DNA of 64,000 nt from Bdellovibrionota bacterium (GCA_965207455.1 CBDBMJ010000001.1:1696001-1760000); one strand, 5' to 3'. Counted from the stretch's first letter, positions 30,074 through 40,858 are shown. Program-made: numbers and translations. The notes: generated from the letters alone by a model not told the origin.

Positions 30074-30296
30074 GTTATGACAAAATCTTTATTGGCACTT
30101 ATACTGATCTCGTGCTCACTTGTTCTGACGGTGTGACTTCTCTTTTCGGAAGAGGCTGCGAGGTTTCCAACACCATTTCTTGTACTTGTTGTTTCCATGA
30201 CGAAAATCCTCTCCGTTTCACAAGATAATAAAAAAAGGCTTAATACTTTTACTCGATCTACCGACCCGTATATTAGAGCATCTTGTGGGAGAGAAC

Positions 30297-31673
30297 ATGA
30301 ACCGTTTATTGTATACATTATTTTCTGTAGCCTTGATGACTATATCTTATCAGGCACATGCCGTGAAAAATAAATGGAAACAGGTGAAGAGTGGCTCTAA
30401 TCATAGTTGCGCTATTTCAATTGAAGGAGAAATACAATGCTGGGGAGACAATTCCCAGGGTCAACTGGGTTATGGAGACACCAACCACCGGGGCGATGAT
30501 CCCAGTGAGTTGATCCATGAATTCCCTTTTGTAGATCTGGGAACGGATCGAAATGGAAAACTTACAGTAAAGTCCCTTGCCCTTGGTCAGCACCATACCT
30601 GCGCACTACTAAGCAATAAGCAGATAAAGTGTTGGGGAGATAATTCCCAAGGTCAACTGGGATATGAGGGTAAGGTTCGTCCCATTGGAGATAGTGAAAA
30701 TGAAATGGGAAACAATCTTCTATTTGTAGACCTGGGAACTGATTCTCGTGGAAATCCTTGGGAGGTGGAGACCATTGCGGCTGGCGGGCGCCATACCTGT
30801 GCATTGCTGGCAAATAAACAAGCCAAGTGCTGGGGAAGAAATAGGAATGCACAGTTGGGCTACGGTGATAAAAAAAGCAGAGGAAAAGCAGCGCGTACCA
30901 TGGGAAATAATCTGGACTTTGTGGACTTGGGAACTGAAAATGGCAGGCCCCTTAGTATTAAAGCGTTTGCTTTGGGTCAATACCATAGCTGCGCATTATT
31001 CCACAATAAAAAATCCAAGTGTTGGGGAGAGAATATCCACGGTCAACTGGGCTATGGCGATACAAAAATACGAGGCAACCAACCCAGTAGCATGAGCAAC
31101 AATCTTCTGTTTTTAGATCTGGGCATGGAAAAAGGATCTCCCATATCAATAGTGGCATTGGTATCCGGCGATCACCATGTATGCGCTCTTTTCTCTAAAA
31201 ATAGAATGAAGTGCTGGGGAGTGAACTGGCACGGACAATTGGGCTACGGAGATAAGCGCCCTCGGGGAAGGCGAACAACGGATATGGGGAAAAATCTTCC
31301 TTTTGTGGAGTTAGGCGGTTCTGCTCCCATTGCTATTACCGCAGGAGATAATCACACCTGTGCCCTGTTCAGCAATCGTCAGATAAAGTGTTGGGGAGAA
31401 AACCAATACGGACAGCTTGGTTACCAGGATCCCAGCGATAAGGGGATCAAACCTAATGAGATGGGTGAAAAGCTCCCTTTCCTTTCGTTGTTAACTGAAG
31501 AGGGTAGATTCTCTGCAGACAAGCCTCAAAAGGCGCTCTCCATCACTGCTGGGCGATCCCACACCTGTGTTCGTTTGCCCAATGGCACTCTTCGCTGCTG
31601 GGGTAAAAATAATGTGGGGCAATTGGGTTTGGGCGTGAGTACGTTACCGGATCAGCAGAGGCAGCCCGAATAG
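30297..31673 (+). CDS. Secreted RCC1-like repeat protein
   Basis: Signal peptide ending AHA; seven H(T/S/V)C...CWGxNxxGQLG repeats. Confidence 0.88.
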   Translation: MNRLLYTLFSVALMTISYQAHAVKNKWKQVKSGSNHSCAISIEGEIQCWGDNSQGQLGYGDTNHRGDDPSELIHEFPFVDLGTDRNGKLTVKSLALGQHHTCALLSNKQIKCWGDNSQGQLGYEGKVRPIGDSENEMGNNLLFVDLGTDSRGNPWEVETIAAGGRHTCALLANKQAKCWGRNRNAQLGYGDKKSRGKAARTMGNNLDFVDLGTENGRPLSIKAFALGQYHSCALFHNKKSKCWGENIHGQLGYGDTKIRGNQPSSMSNNLLFLDLGMEKGSPISIVALVSGDHHVCALFSKNRMKCWGVNWHGQLGYGDKRPRGRRTTDMGKNLPFVELGGSAPIAITAGDNHTCALFSNRQIKCWGENQYGQLGYQDPSDKGIKPNEMGEKLPFLSLLTEEGRFSADKPQKALSITAGRSHTCVRLPNGTLRCWGKNNVGQLGLGVSTLPDQQRQPE

Positions 31674-31777
31674 TGAAGCAAAAAAGTCCACTTTAATGGA
31701 GTAAATCCATTAAATTTCAAGTAATATGAGGCTAGTACTTGAAAAAAAAACAAAAATACCCTATTAAATAGTAAGGG

Positions 31778-32224
31778 ATGAGCACATATTTTACCAAGCA
31801 TAGTGATATTGACCGTAAGTGGCATGTAGTGGATGCCAAGGGACAGGTGCTGGGAAGGCTTGCCACCCGTTTAGCGAATATTTTAGTGGGAAAGCATAAG
31901 CCCACGTACACACCTCATATAGATAACGGCGACTATATTGTGGTGATTAATATGAAAGATGTGCACCTGACGGGTAAAAAATGGGACGACAAACTTTACT
32001 ATCGTCACACTGGATTCCCTGGAGGAATAAAAGTGCGTACAGCAAAAGAGCAGTTTGCACGCAAGCCAGAGGAAATTTTACGAAAAGCAGTATGGGGCAT
32101 GATGAATAAGAGTAACCTCGCCCGACGACAACTCATGAAATTAAAAATTTATACAGGACCGGAACATCCCCATCTGGCACAAAACCCCAAACCATTGGTA
32201 ATTAGTGCTGCAGCCAGAAAGTAA
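31778..32224 (+). CDS. rplM: 50S ribosomal protein L13
   Basis: RKWHVVDAKGQVLGRLAT, GKHKPTYTPH, YRHTGFPGG, HPHLAQ. Confidence 0.98.
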   Translation: MSTYFTKHSDIDRKWHVVDAKGQVLGRLATRLANILVGKHKPTYTPHIDNGDYIVVINMKDVHLTGKKWDDKLYYRHTGFPGGIKVRTAKEQFARKPEEILRKAVWGMMNKSNLARRQLMKLKIYTGPEHPHLAQNPKPLVISAAARK

Positions 32225-32239
32225 GGAGACAGTAAAAAT

Positions 32240-32638
32240 ATGGACACTGATGAAGTAATACATGCCGTTGGCAAGCGTAAGCGATCCAAGGCTAGGGTAT
32301 ATATGAAAGCTGGTTCAGGAAAGTTTATGGTCAATCATAAGACCATGGAAGAATATTTTGTTCGTCCCACTAGTCGACTTATTATCGAGCAACCACTAGA
32401 TTTAATAAAAGAAAAAGACATGTGGGATATTTATGTAAATGTCTGTGGAGGCGGTCCTTCTGGTCAAGCAGGGGCCACTCGCCACGGAATTGTACGTGCC
32501 TTGGTAAAAGCGGATACTGAGAAGAACCGGGCTATTTTGAGAAAAGAAGGTTTGCTGACAAGGGACGCACGTAAGGTGGAACGTAAAAAGTATGGTCGCC
32601 GTGGTGCTCGCCGTAGCTTCCAGTTTTCTAAACGATAA
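32240..32638 (+). CDS. rpsI: 30S ribosomal protein S9
   Basis: GKRKRSKARV, GGGPSGQAGA, TRDARKVERKK, FQFSKR. Confidence 0.98.
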   Translation: MDTDEVIHAVGKRKRSKARVYMKAGSGKFMVNHKTMEEYFVRPTSRLIIEQPLDLIKEKDMWDIYVNVCGGGPSGQAGATRHGIVRALVKADTEKNRAILRKEGLLTRDARKVERKKYGRRGARRSFQFSKR

Positions 32639-32640
32639 TT

Positions 32641-33105
32641 TTACAATTGCTGGCGAAGAGCCTCGTATACTACAACCGCGCTAGCATTGGCTAAATTTAT
32701 ACATCGAACATTATTCGAGGGCATGGGAATATTTAAAAAGGCCTCCTTGGGTTCTTCCTTATGGATGGCATCGGGGAGACCCGTGGTTTCTTTGCCAAAG
32801 ATAAAAAAGTCTTTATAGGAAAATTTTGTGTCGTAGATATTTTTTTTACCGAACTTGCTGATAAACCAAAGATTAGAATCTGGGGGCACTTGCTCTTTAA
32901 ATGTGCCAAAAGATTCATATACATGGAGCTTCACATGTTTCCAATAATCTAGCCCGGCTCTACGCACAGCTTTTTCCGAAAGGTCGAAGCCTAGCGGTTT
33001 AATAAGATGAAGTTGTGTGTTCGTGGCTACGCAAAGTCGGGCGATGCTCCCTGTGTTTTGGGGAATAAGAGGTTCCACTAAAACTATATGAAATTCTTTT
33101 TCCAT
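32641..33105 (-). CDS. trmL: tRNA (cytidine/uridine-34-2'-O)-methyltransferase
   Basis: PLIPQNTGSIARLC, RRAGLDYW, FGKETTGLP, INLAN, YEALRQ. Confidence 0.95.
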   Translation of the reverse strand: MEKEFHIVLVEPLIPQNTGSIARLCVATNTQLHLIKPLGFDLSEKAVRRAGLDYWKHVKLHVYESFGTFKEQVPPDSNLWFISKFGKKNIYDTKFSYKDFFIFGKETTGLPDAIHKEEPKEAFLNIPMPSNNVRCINLANASAVVVYEALRQQL

Positions 33106-33106
33106 C

Positions 33107-34414
33107 TCATGGACGAATATAGTTAATCATTCTTGGGAAGGGGATTGTTTCTCTCACATGATCCAGACCGCAGATCCAGGCAACCATTCGTTCCAAGCCC
33201 AAACCAAAGCCAGCGTGGGGAACGGATCCATACCTCCGCAGATCTAAGTACCACTCGTATTCTTTTTCATCCAGTCCGTACTGTTGGATGTTTTTTTTCA
33301 AAATATCCACATCGAATTCACGTTCGCTCCCACCAATAATTTCTCCGTAGCCGTGGGGAGCGATAAGATCAAACCCAAGGACTGTTCGTGGATCTTTATC
33401 GTTTTGTTTAAAATAAAAGGATTTCATCTCCTTGGGAAACTCTTTTATAAAAACAGGCATGCCTTTAAAAATAGAGCCTAGTTTTGTTTCTTCAGGGGCT
33501 CCAAAATCATCTCCCCACTTGAGCGACCCTCCATGCTTATTGAGTACATCTATGGCTTCTTCATAAGAGATCACGGGGAAAGTTTTCTGAGTTAAAAGTT
33601 CAAGGTCGCTTCTATCTCTTCCTAGAGTAGTGAGCTCTTCTCCGCAGACTTCCAGTACATTTTTTACCACTGTGGTGATAAATTCTTGGGCTAGATCCAT
33701 TACTCCGTTCATGTCGCAAAAGGCAACCTCTGGCTCTATCATCCAAAACTCAGTCAAATGTTTTCTCGTCTTAGATTTTTCAGCACGAAAGGTTGGTGCA
33801 AATGTATAGGTTTTTCCCAAAGCCATGGCACCCGCCTCGGCATAGAGCTGACCCGATTGGGTCAAATAGGCTCTGCTATCAAAGTACTCTGTTTCAAATA
33901 GATCGCTAGTACCTTCGCAAGCGCTGGGTGTGAGTATGGGTGGATCCATTAAGACAAATCCCCGTTCGTCAAAAAAGTTTCGAATAAGGGAGTTTATTTT
34001 TGCCCGGGTTCGCAAGATGGCCACTTGCCTGGGTGTGCGCAACCAAAGGTGACGATTTTGCATTAAGAACTCCACACCATGTTCCTTGTGACTAATGGGA
34101 TAGCTGGGCTCTGCCATCTGAACGAGTTCTATTTTATGTACATCAATCTCATAAGTGCCCACTTTTTTATGGTGTTCTTTCACTGCACCTGTGACTGAGA
34201 TAGAGCTTTCTTGGGTAAGTTTTTTAGCTAGTTGAAAGGAATCTTCGTCGCAATCGTGGTTGGATACAATGGCTTGCAGGGTTTGGAGAGAGCCGTCGCG
34301 CAACTCCAAGAAACTAATTTTCCCCGAAGAACGACTATTATATAACCAGCAATGAATAGTAACCACTTGCTTGTTGTATTTTTTTATTTCTCCAATGCGA
34401 ACAATAGAGGACAT
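33107..34414 (-). CDS. asnS: Asparagine--tRNA ligase
   Basis: OB fold (RSSGKISFLELRDG), RHLWLR, YLTQSGQLY, FRAEKSKTRKHLTEFWMIEPE, YGSVPHAGFGLGLER. Confidence 0.96.
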   Translation of the reverse strand: MSSIVRIGEIKKYNKQVVTIHCWLYNSRSSGKISFLELRDGSLQTLQAIVSNHDCDEDSFQLAKKLTQESSISVTGAVKEHHKKVGTYEIDVHKIELVQMAEPSYPISHKEHGVEFLMQNRHLWLRTPRQVAILRTRAKINSLIRNFFDERGFVLMDPPILTPSACEGTSDLFETEYFDSRAYLTQSGQLYAEAGAMALGKTYTFAPTFRAEKSKTRKHLTEFWMIEPEVAFCDMNGVMDLAQEFITTVVKNVLEVCGEELTTLGRDRSDLELLTQKTFPVISYEEAIDVLNKHGGSLKWGDDFGAPEETKLGSIFKGMPVFIKEFPKEMKSFYFKQNDKDPRTVLGFDLIAPHGYGEIIGGSEREFDVDILKKNIQQYGLDEKEYEWYLDLRRYGSVPHAGFGLGLERMVAWICGLDHVRETIPFPRMINYIRP

Positions 34415-34426
34415 TCCCTTTACTCC

Positions 34427-35914
34427 TTAGTAGTGGGCAGCAAAGTCTATTAATGTGCGAACACCATGCCCTGTGGCTCCGTGGGAGCAGTACGGTAGGT
34501 GTGGCTGATTCCAAGCAGTTCCTGCGCAGTCAATATGTATCCATTTTGTTTTATCTTTTACAAACGCTTGTAAAAAAGCACCTGCCTTGGAGCTACCCGC
34601 ACCACGACCAGTACCAATATTGCGTAGGTCTCCAACTTTCCCTTTCATATCGTCGGCATATTCTTGATACAGGGGAAGCTCCCAATGCTTTTCTCCCGTA
34701 TTTTTTGCAGACTCCTTATATTTTTTCATTAAATCCTCGTTGTTACCCATAATAGCCGAGGCCACCTCACCAAGAGCCACCAATACAGCACCCGTAAGGG
34801 TAGCCATATCCAGTAGGGCATCTGGTTTTTTATCTTGGGCATAGTCTATGGCGTCTGCCAGTACAAGCCTTCCCTCGGCATCCGTATTCAGAACTTCAAT
34901 TGTTTTTCCTGAACGGGTGTGGAGGATCGTGCTAGGAACAATGGCATTGCCAGCAGGCATGTTTTCCGCAGACGCTATATAGGTATTGATTTGGTTGGGA
35001 CACTTTAGCTTGGCTGCCAATAGGGTAGCTGCTAACATATTGGCTCCACCACTCATATCGTGCTTCATCTCGTCCATTGCCCCGCCCGGCTTTAAGGAAA
35101 TACCACCAGTATCAAAAGTAATTGCCTTGCCCACGAAAGCGATTTTTTTCATATTCTTTTTGGGTCGAGTGGGTTTATATTCCAGTGAAATTAAACAAGG
35201 TGGATTTACAGAACCTTGACCCACACCAAGGATCCCACCCATATTTTCTTTTTTCAAAGCGACGGTATCAAGCACCTTGCATGTTACACCATATTCTTTG
35301 GCGTACTTTTTTACCCGCTTGGCAAGCTCCATGGGAACCAGCTTATTGCCTGGCTCGTTGGAAAGGTCTCTTGCAATAGCGATACATTCATATTTTGCTG
35401 TAGCAAAGGAAAGAGTTTCTTTGTCGAAGGAATTTTTTCCTGTGTAACAGTTCACATCCATGGATTTCTGTTTCTTTGGTTTCTTACCCTTATACAGATC
35501 AAAGGAATAACTCGCCAAAAGCAGCCCTTCGAGAAAGGCCAGAGAATCTTGCTTGTTGTTTTTGCTTTTCTTTTGAAAAAAAGAGTCCACAGCCAGTGCC
35601 ACTGTTTTTTGCTGCTCTTTTGCTAAATTCTTGTATACGTATGCCCCTCCCCGTCGGTACGTTTCTCCCAAAACCTGATCGGGTTTCCCGAGACCAAAAA
35701 ATAATAAATGGGGGCCTTTTGTTTGACGATAGAAATATGTGGAATCCCGCTTGCCAAAAAACACTCCATCCTTCACCAGAGAATCCAAAACGGAGGCGTA
35801 TGGCTTGAGACTGGGCCCCATCACTGCCTTTTCTCCCGCCTGAAACACACCCAGTACCAATGTGGACTCTTGCACCTTCGATAGGGAGGCTTTTTTATTG
35901 AGATTAATTTTCAT
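34427..35914 (-). CDS. pepA: Leucyl aminopeptidase (M17)
   Basis: VGKAITFDTGG, MKHDMSG, NTDAEGRLVLAD, ATLTGA. Confidence 0.96.
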   Translation of the reverse strand: MKINLNKKASLSKVQESTLVLGVFQAGEKAVMGPSLKPYASVLDSLVKDGVFFGKRDSTYFYRQTKGPHLLFFGLGKPDQVLGETYRRGGAYVYKNLAKEQQKTVALAVDSFFQKKSKNNKQDSLAFLEGLLLASYSFDLYKGKKPKKQKSMDVNCYTGKNSFDKETLSFATAKYECIAIARDLSNEPGNKLVPMELAKRVKKYAKEYGVTCKVLDTVALKKENMGGILGVGQGSVNPPCLISLEYKPTRPKKNMKKIAFVGKAITFDTGGISLKPGGAMDEMKHDMSGGANMLAATLLAAKLKCPNQINTYIASAENMPAGNAIVPSTILHTRSGKTIEVLNTDAEGRLVLADAIDYAQDKKPDALLDMATLTGAVLVALGEVASAIMGNNEDLMKKYKESAKNTGEKHWELPLYQEYADDMKGKVGDLRNIGTGRGAGSSKAGAFLQAFVKDKTKWIHIDCAGTAWNQPHLPYCSHGATGHGVRTLIDFAAHY

Positions 35915-36068
35915 ATTAGTTCCTTTCGTCTATTATTTCCTGTGGGAACAATACTACACCCACTCGGCACTTGTCTATTTTTCCTTGGAACTCCTTATGA
36001 TATGGACAATATAACTCGTCGCACCAAAGACTATTTCAGTTTTTATAAGTCAATTTGATTTAATATTC

Positions 36069-36358
36069 TTACTTAGACGGGGTTTGAAATAGACCTCGAA
36101 GAATCCAAGCAAAGAGTGCGATAGCAGCTGGGATCGTATATACAAAGGCAATTAGAATCTCAGTTTTCTTATAGTAAAGAGCAAAAAATACACATAAATA
36201 AAAAAGAAAGATTCGCGTACTTTAACTTCTCTTGCCTATCTTGCGCCAAACCTTTTACTGTCTTCAGTACTCTGAGCATGTTTTTTTGCGTCATGTAGTT
36301 CTGAGGAACGAAAAGAGTGTAGAAAACTCTCCCAATCTTTATGCTTATCTTCTGCCAT
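36069..36358 (-). pseudogene. Frameshifted membrane protein, putative toxin partner of the Panacea antitoxin
   Basis: Manual translation across frames: MAEDKHKDW..., QDRQEKLKYANLSFLFMC..., ILIAFVYTIPAAIALFAWILRGLFQTPSK*. Confidence 0.5.
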
Positions 36359-36370
36359 TATTTGCTATTT

Positions 36371-36859
36371 TTATGATTGGTCACTTGACTGTTGATTTGA
36401 TAATCTCTGATAATATTTTTTAATTGTTTCATTATCTATTGTTCTTCTTACTTGAGGCCACCCCTTAGAATCAAAGGCCTTAGTCCATGGTGTATCTGGC
36501 TTATGAGTTAAGCCCGATAATTCCCAAGCATCAAGTTCACCGTAAACGGTACAAACTGCCGTCATAATTTCTTTCTCTGGTTCAAAAAAATCAGAGCGTA
36601 TATCAAATCCTCCCACTAAAGCAGGTCTAAAAATTGGTCTTCTTTCGTAGTGCTTAAATTCCTCATATATAGATGGGAAAACTGGACCGAACTTCCATGC
36701 TTGAAGGCTTTCTGTCACTAAAGGATCATCGGTTGCTACAAGAGTAAATCCATGAGCTATAGCAGACAGTTTCAGGAGCTGCATAATTGTTAGTCCTTCT
36801 TTCTATGCTTTCCCTATAAGATGGTTTGCAACTGCTAATGGATGATGACCGTTTTTCAA
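36371..36859 (-). pseudogene. Panacea (DUF4065/SocA/GepA) antitoxin with an in-frame TAG
   Basis: GGAGG RBS and TTG 36859: MKNGHHPLAVANHLIGKA*KEGLTIMQLLKL...QAWKFGPVFPSIY...ELSGLTH...TPW; stop at 36803-36805. Confidence 0.85.
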
Positions 36860-37117
36860 TGTTATATTCCTCCGTTTTCCTTGATTTCCTATTATCTACT
36901 GCTCTTATACTATTTTATCATAGGAGAGTCTTATTTATTTCCTCAATTAGCAACGCTTATAAGGAGTGGACCCCTCCTCCAAAAAACAAAAAGCCCTTTA
37001 AAAACAGACATTTACAAAATTATCGGAAAACAAGACCTTTTTGCTTTACTTTTACGTCAATATGCACTAAAATACCGCAAGTATTCATTGCCAAAGGCTT
37101 TTGAATAAAGGAGGAAA

Positions 37118-38161
37118 ATGGAAAATAAGAAGTTACTATTTATAGCTGCTGCCCTTTTGCTACTAGCACCTCAGGTTGCTACAGGTGAAATAGAAGACTG
37201 TTATTCCCAAGAACATTATGAAAAAGTAACTAGAACTATTCCTCCTGCAAAGCTCTGTGGTGCCAAGCTATCGGGTGCAAATCTAATTGCTGTGAACTTA
37301 CTTCAGGCGAATCTGAATCATGCAGATCTAAGTGGAGCAAAGCTGTGGCATGCAACTCTAAATGGAGCAAATCTAAGTGATGCAAATCTAAGTGGTGCAC
37401 AACTAAGTGATGCAAATCTAAATGGAGCAAATCTAAGCAATGCAATTCTAAATGGAGCAAATCTAAGTAATGCAATTCTAAATGGAGCAAAACTGAACCA
37501 TGCGGATCTAAGTGGCGCAGAAATGCCGAATGCGGTTCTAAGTGGCACAAAAATGTCGTTTGCGATTCTAAATAATGTGAATCTAAGAAGAGCAATAATG
37601 CCCTATGCGGATCTGAATCATGCAAAACTAATTAATACGATTCTAGATTATGCGGATCTAAGTAATGCAAATCTAAGTCATGCGGATCTAAGTGGCACAG
37701 ATATGTTATTTGCAAATCTAAGTCATGCAAAATTAAGGGGGGCAATACTAATTCATACAAATCTATATGGAGCAAATCTAAGTGGTGTGGAACTCAATAA
37801 TATGGATCTACATCATGCAACACTAACTGCTGCAACACTAATTGGTACAAATCTAAGTGGAGCGAATCTACATTATGCAAGCCTAAATGCTGCAAATCTA
37901 AGTCATGCGGATCTAAGCAATGCGATTCTCAGTAAAGCAAATCTATTTGCTGCGAAACTGTATGAGGCAGACCTAAGTGGGGCAGATTTGGAAGGTGTGG
38001 ATATGCGGTATGCAAAGATTGATGAGAAAACGAACTTCGCAGGTGCGAACCTTGCAGGTGCAAAATTGGACAAAGCAGTGCTGTGCAGAGCGAAAAAAGA
38101 TAATGCAAAATTAGGCTTCGAGAACACATTAATTGCATTTTTTCAGTGTAGTACTGACTAA
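37118..38161 (+). CDS. Secreted pentapeptide-repeat protein
   Basis: AGGAGG RBS, signal peptide, long run of A(N/D)Lxx pentapeptides. Confidence 0.93.
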   Translation: MENKKLLFIAAALLLLAPQVATGEIEDCYSQEHYEKVTRTIPPAKLCGAKLSGANLIAVNLLQANLNHADLSGAKLWHATLNGANLSDANLSGAQLSDANLNGANLSNAILNGANLSNAILNGAKLNHADLSGAEMPNAVLSGTKMSFAILNNVNLRRAIMPYADLNHAKLINTILDYADLSNANLSHADLSGTDMLFANLSHAKLRGAILIHTNLYGANLSGVELNNMDLHHATLTAATLIGTNLSGANLHYASLNAANLSHADLSNAILSKANLFAAKLYEADLSGADLEGVDMRYAKIDEKTNFAGANLAGAKLDKAVLCRAKKDNAKLGFENTLIAFFQCSTD

Positions 38162-38301
38162 TGCAAAGAGCCAAGGGCAAGCCCATATTCCTCTTGGAGA
38201 GCGTTTCTAGCATATTGATGTAATGGAAAAATTTAAAAAAGTATGTAAAGAAACGGTAGAAAATCATTCATTAAGAGAACTTTTAGTGCTAAAATAATGC
38301 A

Positions 38302-39696
38302 GTGCTGACTCGTACACACCAAAAAATCGGATTGTTGCTATCCCTTTCAGACGCTCTTGGTCTGCTTGCTTCTTGGGCGCTTGCTTATTATTTACGTTTT
38401 CATACGGAGATTATTACCGTTACCAAAGGGATTCCTCTGCTTTCCGTTTATATTTATCTTGCTGTTCCTATTATTTTGGTGTGGTTTTTGGTTTTCCACT
38501 ATTTTCATCTCTATGGCTATAAGGCTCTGTTGAAAAATATAACGCCAGTTGTGGAATTGTTTTCTGCCCATGGGTTGGCGTTGCTGATTTTTTTAGCCCT
38601 GCTGTATTTTCATTCGGAGTATTACTATAGCCGGGTGGTGGTTATTTATTTTGGTTTTTTGTCGGGTGTTTATCTTTTGGGGTCGCGGTTGCTCTTGTCT
38701 AAGCTGCTGCGCTATTCAGCCGAACAATGGGATCAGAAAAAACCCATTCTAATCGTGGGTATGGGAAAAACAGCCCAGGCCATGGTGTCTCGGATAGAAA
38801 ATAATCCTGAGCTTCGTCTGTCCATTCAAGGATTTTTACACCAAGGTGGGGAGGCTCCCGATTCCCCTTACCCTGTGCTGGGAGGCTATGACGATATTCT
38901 TTCCGTCGTAAAAGAACAGCATATTCAAAAAGTTCTCATTGCTTTGCCCAGAGAGGAGGCAAAGTTTCAAACGCCCGTACTGGAGTCTTTGTCGAAAACC
39001 ACGGTGGAGTTAGGCCTTGTTCCCGACACGTACGAATATGTGGTATTGAGTTGCAAGGTAGAGGATTTTGACGGGATTCCCGTAATCAACCTCAACGAGG
39101 CTCCCATTAATCTCTCCGGTAAAATTGCAAAGCGTGTTCTTGACATATCTTTCTCCCTCCTTGCTATTGCTCTTTTTGCTCCAGTGATGCTGATCATTTG
39201 CATTGCCATTAAGTTGACGAGCAAGGGACCCATACTCTACCGTCAGCAACGCATGAGTCTCGATGGTCACCTTTTTTCCATGTGGAAGTTTCGTTCCATG
39301 CATGTGGGAGCCGAGGATACGGCAGGTCCTGTGTGGGCCGCTTCTAACGATTCACGGAGAACGTCTCTTGGCACTTTTCTTCGAACCACCAGCTTAGATG
39401 AGTTACCTCAGTTTTTTAATGTGCTTGGGGGAAATATGTCTTTGGTGGGACCAAGGCCGGAGCGACCTAATTTTGTGGACGAGTTCCGCCATAGTATTCC
39501 AAAGTACATGTACCGTCACAAAATAAAATCGGGCATTACGGGGTGGGCGCAAATTAATGGCTTGAGAGGAAACACCAGCTTAGAGAAAAGGCTGGAATTG
39601 GACCTCTATTATATTAAAAACTGGAGCCTGCTCCTAGATATTAAAATCCTTCTCCTAACTCCCATAAAGAGTTTGGCCGATAAAAATGCGTATTAA
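38302..39696 (+). CDS. Undecaprenyl-phosphate glucose phosphotransferase (WcaJ-like)
   Basis: N-terminal TM helices, KRVLDI, KFRSM, SLDELPQF, SLVGPRPER, GITGWAQING, DLYYIKNWS. Confidence 0.92.
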   Translation: MLTRTHQKIGLLLSLSDALGLLASWALAYYLRFHTEIITVTKGIPLLSVYIYLAVPIILVWFLVFHYFHLYGYKALLKNITPVVELFSAHGLALLIFLALLYFHSEYYYSRVVVIYFGFLSGVYLLGSRLLLSKLLRYSAEQWDQKKPILIVGMGKTAQAMVSRIENNPELRLSIQGFLHQGGEAPDSPYPVLGGYDDILSVVKEQHIQKVLIALPREEAKFQTPVLESLSKTTVELGLVPDTYEYVVLSCKVEDFDGIPVINLNEAPINLSGKIAKRVLDISFSLLAIALFAPVMLIICIAIKLTSKGPILYRQQRMSLDGHLFSMWKFRSMHVGAEDTAGPVWAASNDSRRTSLGTFLRTTSLDELPQFFNVLGGNMSLVGPRPERPNFVDEFRHSIPKYMYRHKIKSGITGWAQINGLRGNTSLEKRLELDLYYIKNWSLLLDIKILLLTPIKSLADKNAY

Positions 39697-40819
39697 CAAT
39701 ACTCTTCATCGTTATATTCTTTATGAGGTGTTTCGTCCATTTATCGGAAGTTTGGCTTTTTTTATTTTTATTGCTTTAGTGTTCCAACTCATTCGATTTT
39801 CTGACTTTTTGCTGGTTCATCATGGAGACTTTGGCTCTTTCTTCCGGCTCCTCTTGTATTTAACTATTTATTTACTTCCTACCACTGTGCCTATTTCCTT
39901 TTTCTTGGCTGTTTTGATTGGCTGTGGTCGTTTGTCTGGCTATAGTGAGGTGACGGCTCTGCGTGCTTCAGGCATGTCCTTATTTCAATTTATGACTCCT
40001 ATTATTGCTTTAGGTTTTTTTATCTCTTTATGCAGCCTTGTACTCAACTTACATTTTGTTCCCTGGGGGGACAGAATGTTTCGTCAAGAAATCATTGAAA
40101 TAGGAAGGAAGAAAATAGCTACCAATATCCGCACAGAACGATTTACAAGAAACTTCTTCAACATGGTTCTATACGCAGACGACGTGAACAAAGAGGGAAC
40201 TGTACTAAAAAAACTATTTATCACAGACGAGTCCATTAAGAGTTCCCCAATGACCATAGTAGCGAAAGAGGGGATATTCTTAAACAGCGGCAACCAAGGT
40301 GGTGAGGATGGTGATCTCATCCTACGTTTAAAAAACGGGTCACTACACCGAAGCAGAAAGCAGGGTTATTATAACGAACTCATACAATTCTCCACCTACG
40401 ACATTCTATTAAAAATAACAACCTCAGAGATAATGAGCCTCAATAAACCAAAATCAATGGACCATGAATTATTGGTAAAAAAAATAAACAAATTAGAAAA
40501 AAATCCCAAAAAAACAAAAGGAAATCAGAAAAGCATCCGCCGCCTCAAGGTGGAGTTTTGGAAACGCTATGCCCTTTCTGGCTCCTGCCTAGTCTTTGCT
40601 TTTATGGGTGTGGGCTTTGGTATTGTTCGAACCCGTTCTGTGCGCACAAGCTCTCTTCTCATTAGCCTTATCTTCCTGATGGGTTACTGGATTCTTTCCC
40701 GTCTGGGTTTGTATTGGGGAGAGAATAATATACTCTCTCCCTTTCTTTCTATATGGTTGCCAAATTTTTTATTACTGGGAGTTTCCGTTTTCTCCTTGCG
40801 TGGAGTTTGGAATAAGTAG
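39686..40819 (+). CDS. LptF/LptG family LPS export permease
   Basis: RYILYEV, GRLSGYSEVTALRASGMS, periplasmic beta domain, C-terminal WLPN; 6-TM pattern. Confidence 0.88.
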   Translation: MRINNTLHRYILYEVFRPFIGSLAFFIFIALVFQLIRFSDFLLVHHGDFGSFFRLLLYLTIYLLPTTVPISFFLAVLIGCGRLSGYSEVTALRASGMSLFQFMTPIIALGFFISLCSLVLNLHFVPWGDRMFRQEIIEIGRKKIATNIRTERFTRNFFNMVLYADDVNKEGTVLKKLFITDESIKSSPMTIVAKEGIFLNSGNQGGEDGDLILRLKNGSLHRSRKQGYYNELIQFSTYDILLKITTSEIMSLNKPKSMDHELLVKKINKLEKNPKKTKGNQKSIRRLKVEFWKRYALSGSCLVFAFMGVGFGIVRTRSVRTSSLLISLIFLMGYWILSRLGLYWGENNILSPFLSIWLPNFLLLGVSVFSLRGVWNK

Positions 40820-40858
40820 GTTTTATTTACAGTCGTATTGACACCGCATGAACGGAAA

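Noticed and set aside
36803..36805. In-frame TAG in Panacea as a sign of stop-codon recoding
   Set aside because: TAG terminates ordinary genes here (12403, 26851, 40819) and the partner gene is also decayed.
37260..38070. Dense 15/30-bp nucleotide repeats (GCAAATCTAAGT) resembling an array
   Set aside because: Fully explained by the pentapeptide-repeat coding frame; no unique spacers and no cas genes, so not CRISPR.
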